From the NCBI GenBank assembly GCA_965226555.1, contig CBDDDG010000021.1, positions 224,001-288,000 on the forward strand: a stretch of 64,000 bases of DNA, written 5' to 3'. The translations under genes and the position numbers were made by a program. This stretch comes from Salinispira sp. (GTDB lineage: Bacteria; Spirochaetota; Spirochaetia; DSM-27196; Salinispiraceae). The notes below the pieces were generated by a model. It was not told where the DNA came from, made no database searches, and saw only the letters and a list, made by a program, of their open reading frames with translations. Positions 62,217 to 64,000 of this stretch are shown piece after piece (positions within the stretch are counted from its first letter, which is position 1; every line of letters begins with the position of its first letter).

Positions 62217-62897
62217 TCACAATATGCCCTCCTGCCGAAAGCTGTAGAAGTCCGTATTGCTGAATACAATATGGTCGACGACCTCTATGCCCAGTATGTT
62301 GCCGGCATCCTTGAGCCTATCTGTTACGTTTTTATCCTCCGTGCTCGGTTTGAGATTTCCGCTGGGATGGTTATGCGCAACTATTACCGAGGCGCTTCGG
62401 TTTTCGATGGCCGGCGCGAATACTTCCCGGGGGTGTACCAAGCTCCGGTTGAGCAGCCCCTTGGTAACAATTTCATAGTTGTTAAGTTCCCGGGCGCCGT
62501 TGAGGCAGAGCACGAAGAAGAATTCCTGCCTGCGGTCCCCGTAATGTCGAATACACTTCCATGCATCCTCCGGGCACCGCACCGGATGAAGACCGGGGGC
62601 GTAGCGGCGGCGTCCCAGCTCCAGGGCAGCAACAATCTTCATACTCTTTATGTAGCCCAATCCGTGGATTTTCTGAAGTATCTCCTGAATTCCAATGAGA
62701 TCGTAGGCAGTGTCATCAATAATCCGGCAGACCTGTTCCGAAACATCCATGACCCCCGAACCCTTCGCTCCGAAGCCGATAATAAGGGCAATGAGTTCAG
62801 CATCACTCAGGCTGTCTACACCGTTCGCGAATGCTTTTTCCCGCGGCTTTGCGTCCCCTTCGGACACGTGAAAATATTTGTTGTTTGTATCGCTCAT
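62217..62897 (-). CDS. radC: RadC (JAB domain) protein
   Basis: PREK..LSDAELIA; VHPREVF; AHNHPSG; VVDHI. Confidence 0.95.
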   Translation of the reverse strand: MSDTNNKYFHVSEGDAKPREKAFANGVDSLSDAELIALIIGFGAKGSGVMDVSEQVCRIIDDTAYDLIGIQEILQKIHGLGYIKSMKIVAALELGRRRYAPGLHPVRCPEDAWKCIRHYGDRRQEFFFVLCLNGARELNNYEIVTKGLLNRSLVHPREVFAPAIENRSASVIVAHNHPSGNLKPSTEDKNVTDRLKDAGNILGIEVVDHIVFSNTDFYSFRQEGIL

Positions 62898-62943
62898 ACT
62901 ATAGAGACTGGTGAAAAGTAAACGAGGTCTTGATTACATACCT

Positions 62944-62970
62944 CAAAGTTTTGCAAAATGCAAAACTTTT
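62944..62970. repeat. 27-bp mini-element
   Basis: CAAAGTTTTGC-AAAAT-GCAAAACTTTT. Confidence 0.7.
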
Positions 62971-63163
62971 TCCTATATGCTCCTTTTGCATGAAGAATTT
63001 TGCTATTTTTCAATCTTTTTTGTCAGCTTTCTTTCCTGAGCAGCTATATTGTCTGTAAATCGTCTGCAAATCGTCTGCAAATCATTCTAAAAATAATAAT
63101 AACCTATTGACATATGATCTAAAGCTACTGTAAAATACGTAATCAATGTATCAGGAGTTAATT

Positions 63164-63988
63164 ATGCGACTTCAAATCGTCATTCTCACAAGCCTCATAT
63201 TCACGGGCTGCGTTACCGACTACCCGATGAATGTTATGGATCCGCCCTGGGTTCCTGAGCCGCCCCCTGAAGGGATCGATGAGAATATTGTATTGCCCGA
63301 TCAGAACACCATTGCTCCGCTCTTCTTTAGTGAAGATGATATTCCGGTAATGGATGGCGACTTCGGCGAGTGGCAGGGGCTCGATGGCCCCCTTACCCGC
63401 CGCGCTGTTTTTGGAGGCAGTCACATACCGAGCGATGCCGAAGCCTTCTTTGTACTGAGAACCGATGGCAATAATTTGTTTATCTATTCACGGGTGAGCG
63501 ATGATCTTGCCCATGAAAATTTCCTCCCCGGGTCACTTGCCTGGCGCGGCGATACCGTTGAAATTTTCTTCGGCGTCAATACCCTGCCCCATACCAATTA
63601 TGCCCAGGGCGATAACCAGTTGCGGCTTGTTCCCCGCAGTCGCGAAGACAGTTCGGATGTTGACATTGTGATCAATCAGCGGACTGCCGGCGCCTACCTT
63701 GCGCGCAATGATCCGCAGGCTATTTTCGGCGGAGCAGCGGTCTACAGCGATACCGGTTATGAAATTGAAGTTGCCATTCCGCTGAGCCTCATGGGAATTG
63801 ACGGGCTCAATATCGGGCAGAGAGTCCGCTGCGATTTTCAGGTGAACGATGCCGATGAAACCGAGCGCGATCGAATGGTGCACTGGATCAGCGAGGGTGA
63901 TGATCCATGGTATGACGCATCCGTCTGGGGCAACGGTTCTGTTGTTGCCCTGCCCGAAACCAGAAAGGAGGCAGGTAATGAACTTTGA
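63164..63988 (+). CDS. CBM9/DOMON-like sugar-binding lipoprotein
   Basis: FTGC lipobox; DGDFGEW, VSDD, GDTVEIF, GYEIEVAIP, QVNDAD; TTGACA-N18-TAAAAT upstream. Confidence 0.8.
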   Translation: MRLQIVILTSLIFTGCVTDYPMNVMDPPWVPEPPPEGIDENIVLPDQNTIAPLFFSEDDIPVMDGDFGEWQGLDGPLTRRAVFGGSHIPSDAEAFFVLRTDGNNLFIYSRVSDDLAHENFLPGSLAWRGDTVEIFFGVNTLPHTNYAQGDNQLRLVPRSREDSSDVDIVINQRTAGAYLARNDPQAIFGGAAVYSDTGYEIEVAIPLSLMGIDGLNIGQRVRCDFQVNDADETERDRMVHWISEGDDPWYDASVWGNGSVVALPETRKEAGNEL

Positions 63989-64000
63989 ATACCGCTCATA

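Overview
64 kb of a spirochaete chromosome. The assignment rests on gene order (flgF-flgG-flgJ-rpoS; bactofilin-rho-rpmE; surE-TPR-NHL-clpS-clpA-aat) and spirochaetal lipoproteins; a host-associated lifestyle is an inference. Housekeeping blocks (xdh-like trio, dnaE, flagellar rod genes, rho, lnt, clp, MoxR operon, acs, alr, radC) alternate with small accessory islands. The islands contain FN3 and/or BspA (DUF285) surface lipoproteins and Rpn (PD-(D/E)XK) genes. Main observations: (1) a modular palindromic MITE-like family (27-127 bp, 11-bp termini, 5-bp TSD) sits at promoters and inside genes, and one copy supplies the RBS, start codon and first ~26 codons of an RpoS-type sigma factor behind a sigma54 promoter; (2) five Rpn paralogues each carry an internal RBS+ATG for a small C-terminal protein (RpnS-type antitoxin) with combinatorially shuffled tails, and in 4 of 5 only the long ORF is broken; (3) two lipoprotein genes have out-of-frame poly-G tracts in their signal peptides (candidate phase variation); (4) microhomology deletions (surE, an Rpn copy), other internal deletions (aat, an ATPase) and in-frame tandem duplications are pervasive. 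One IS481-like element is present. No rRNA, tRNA, CRISPR array or reverse transcriptase was recognised.
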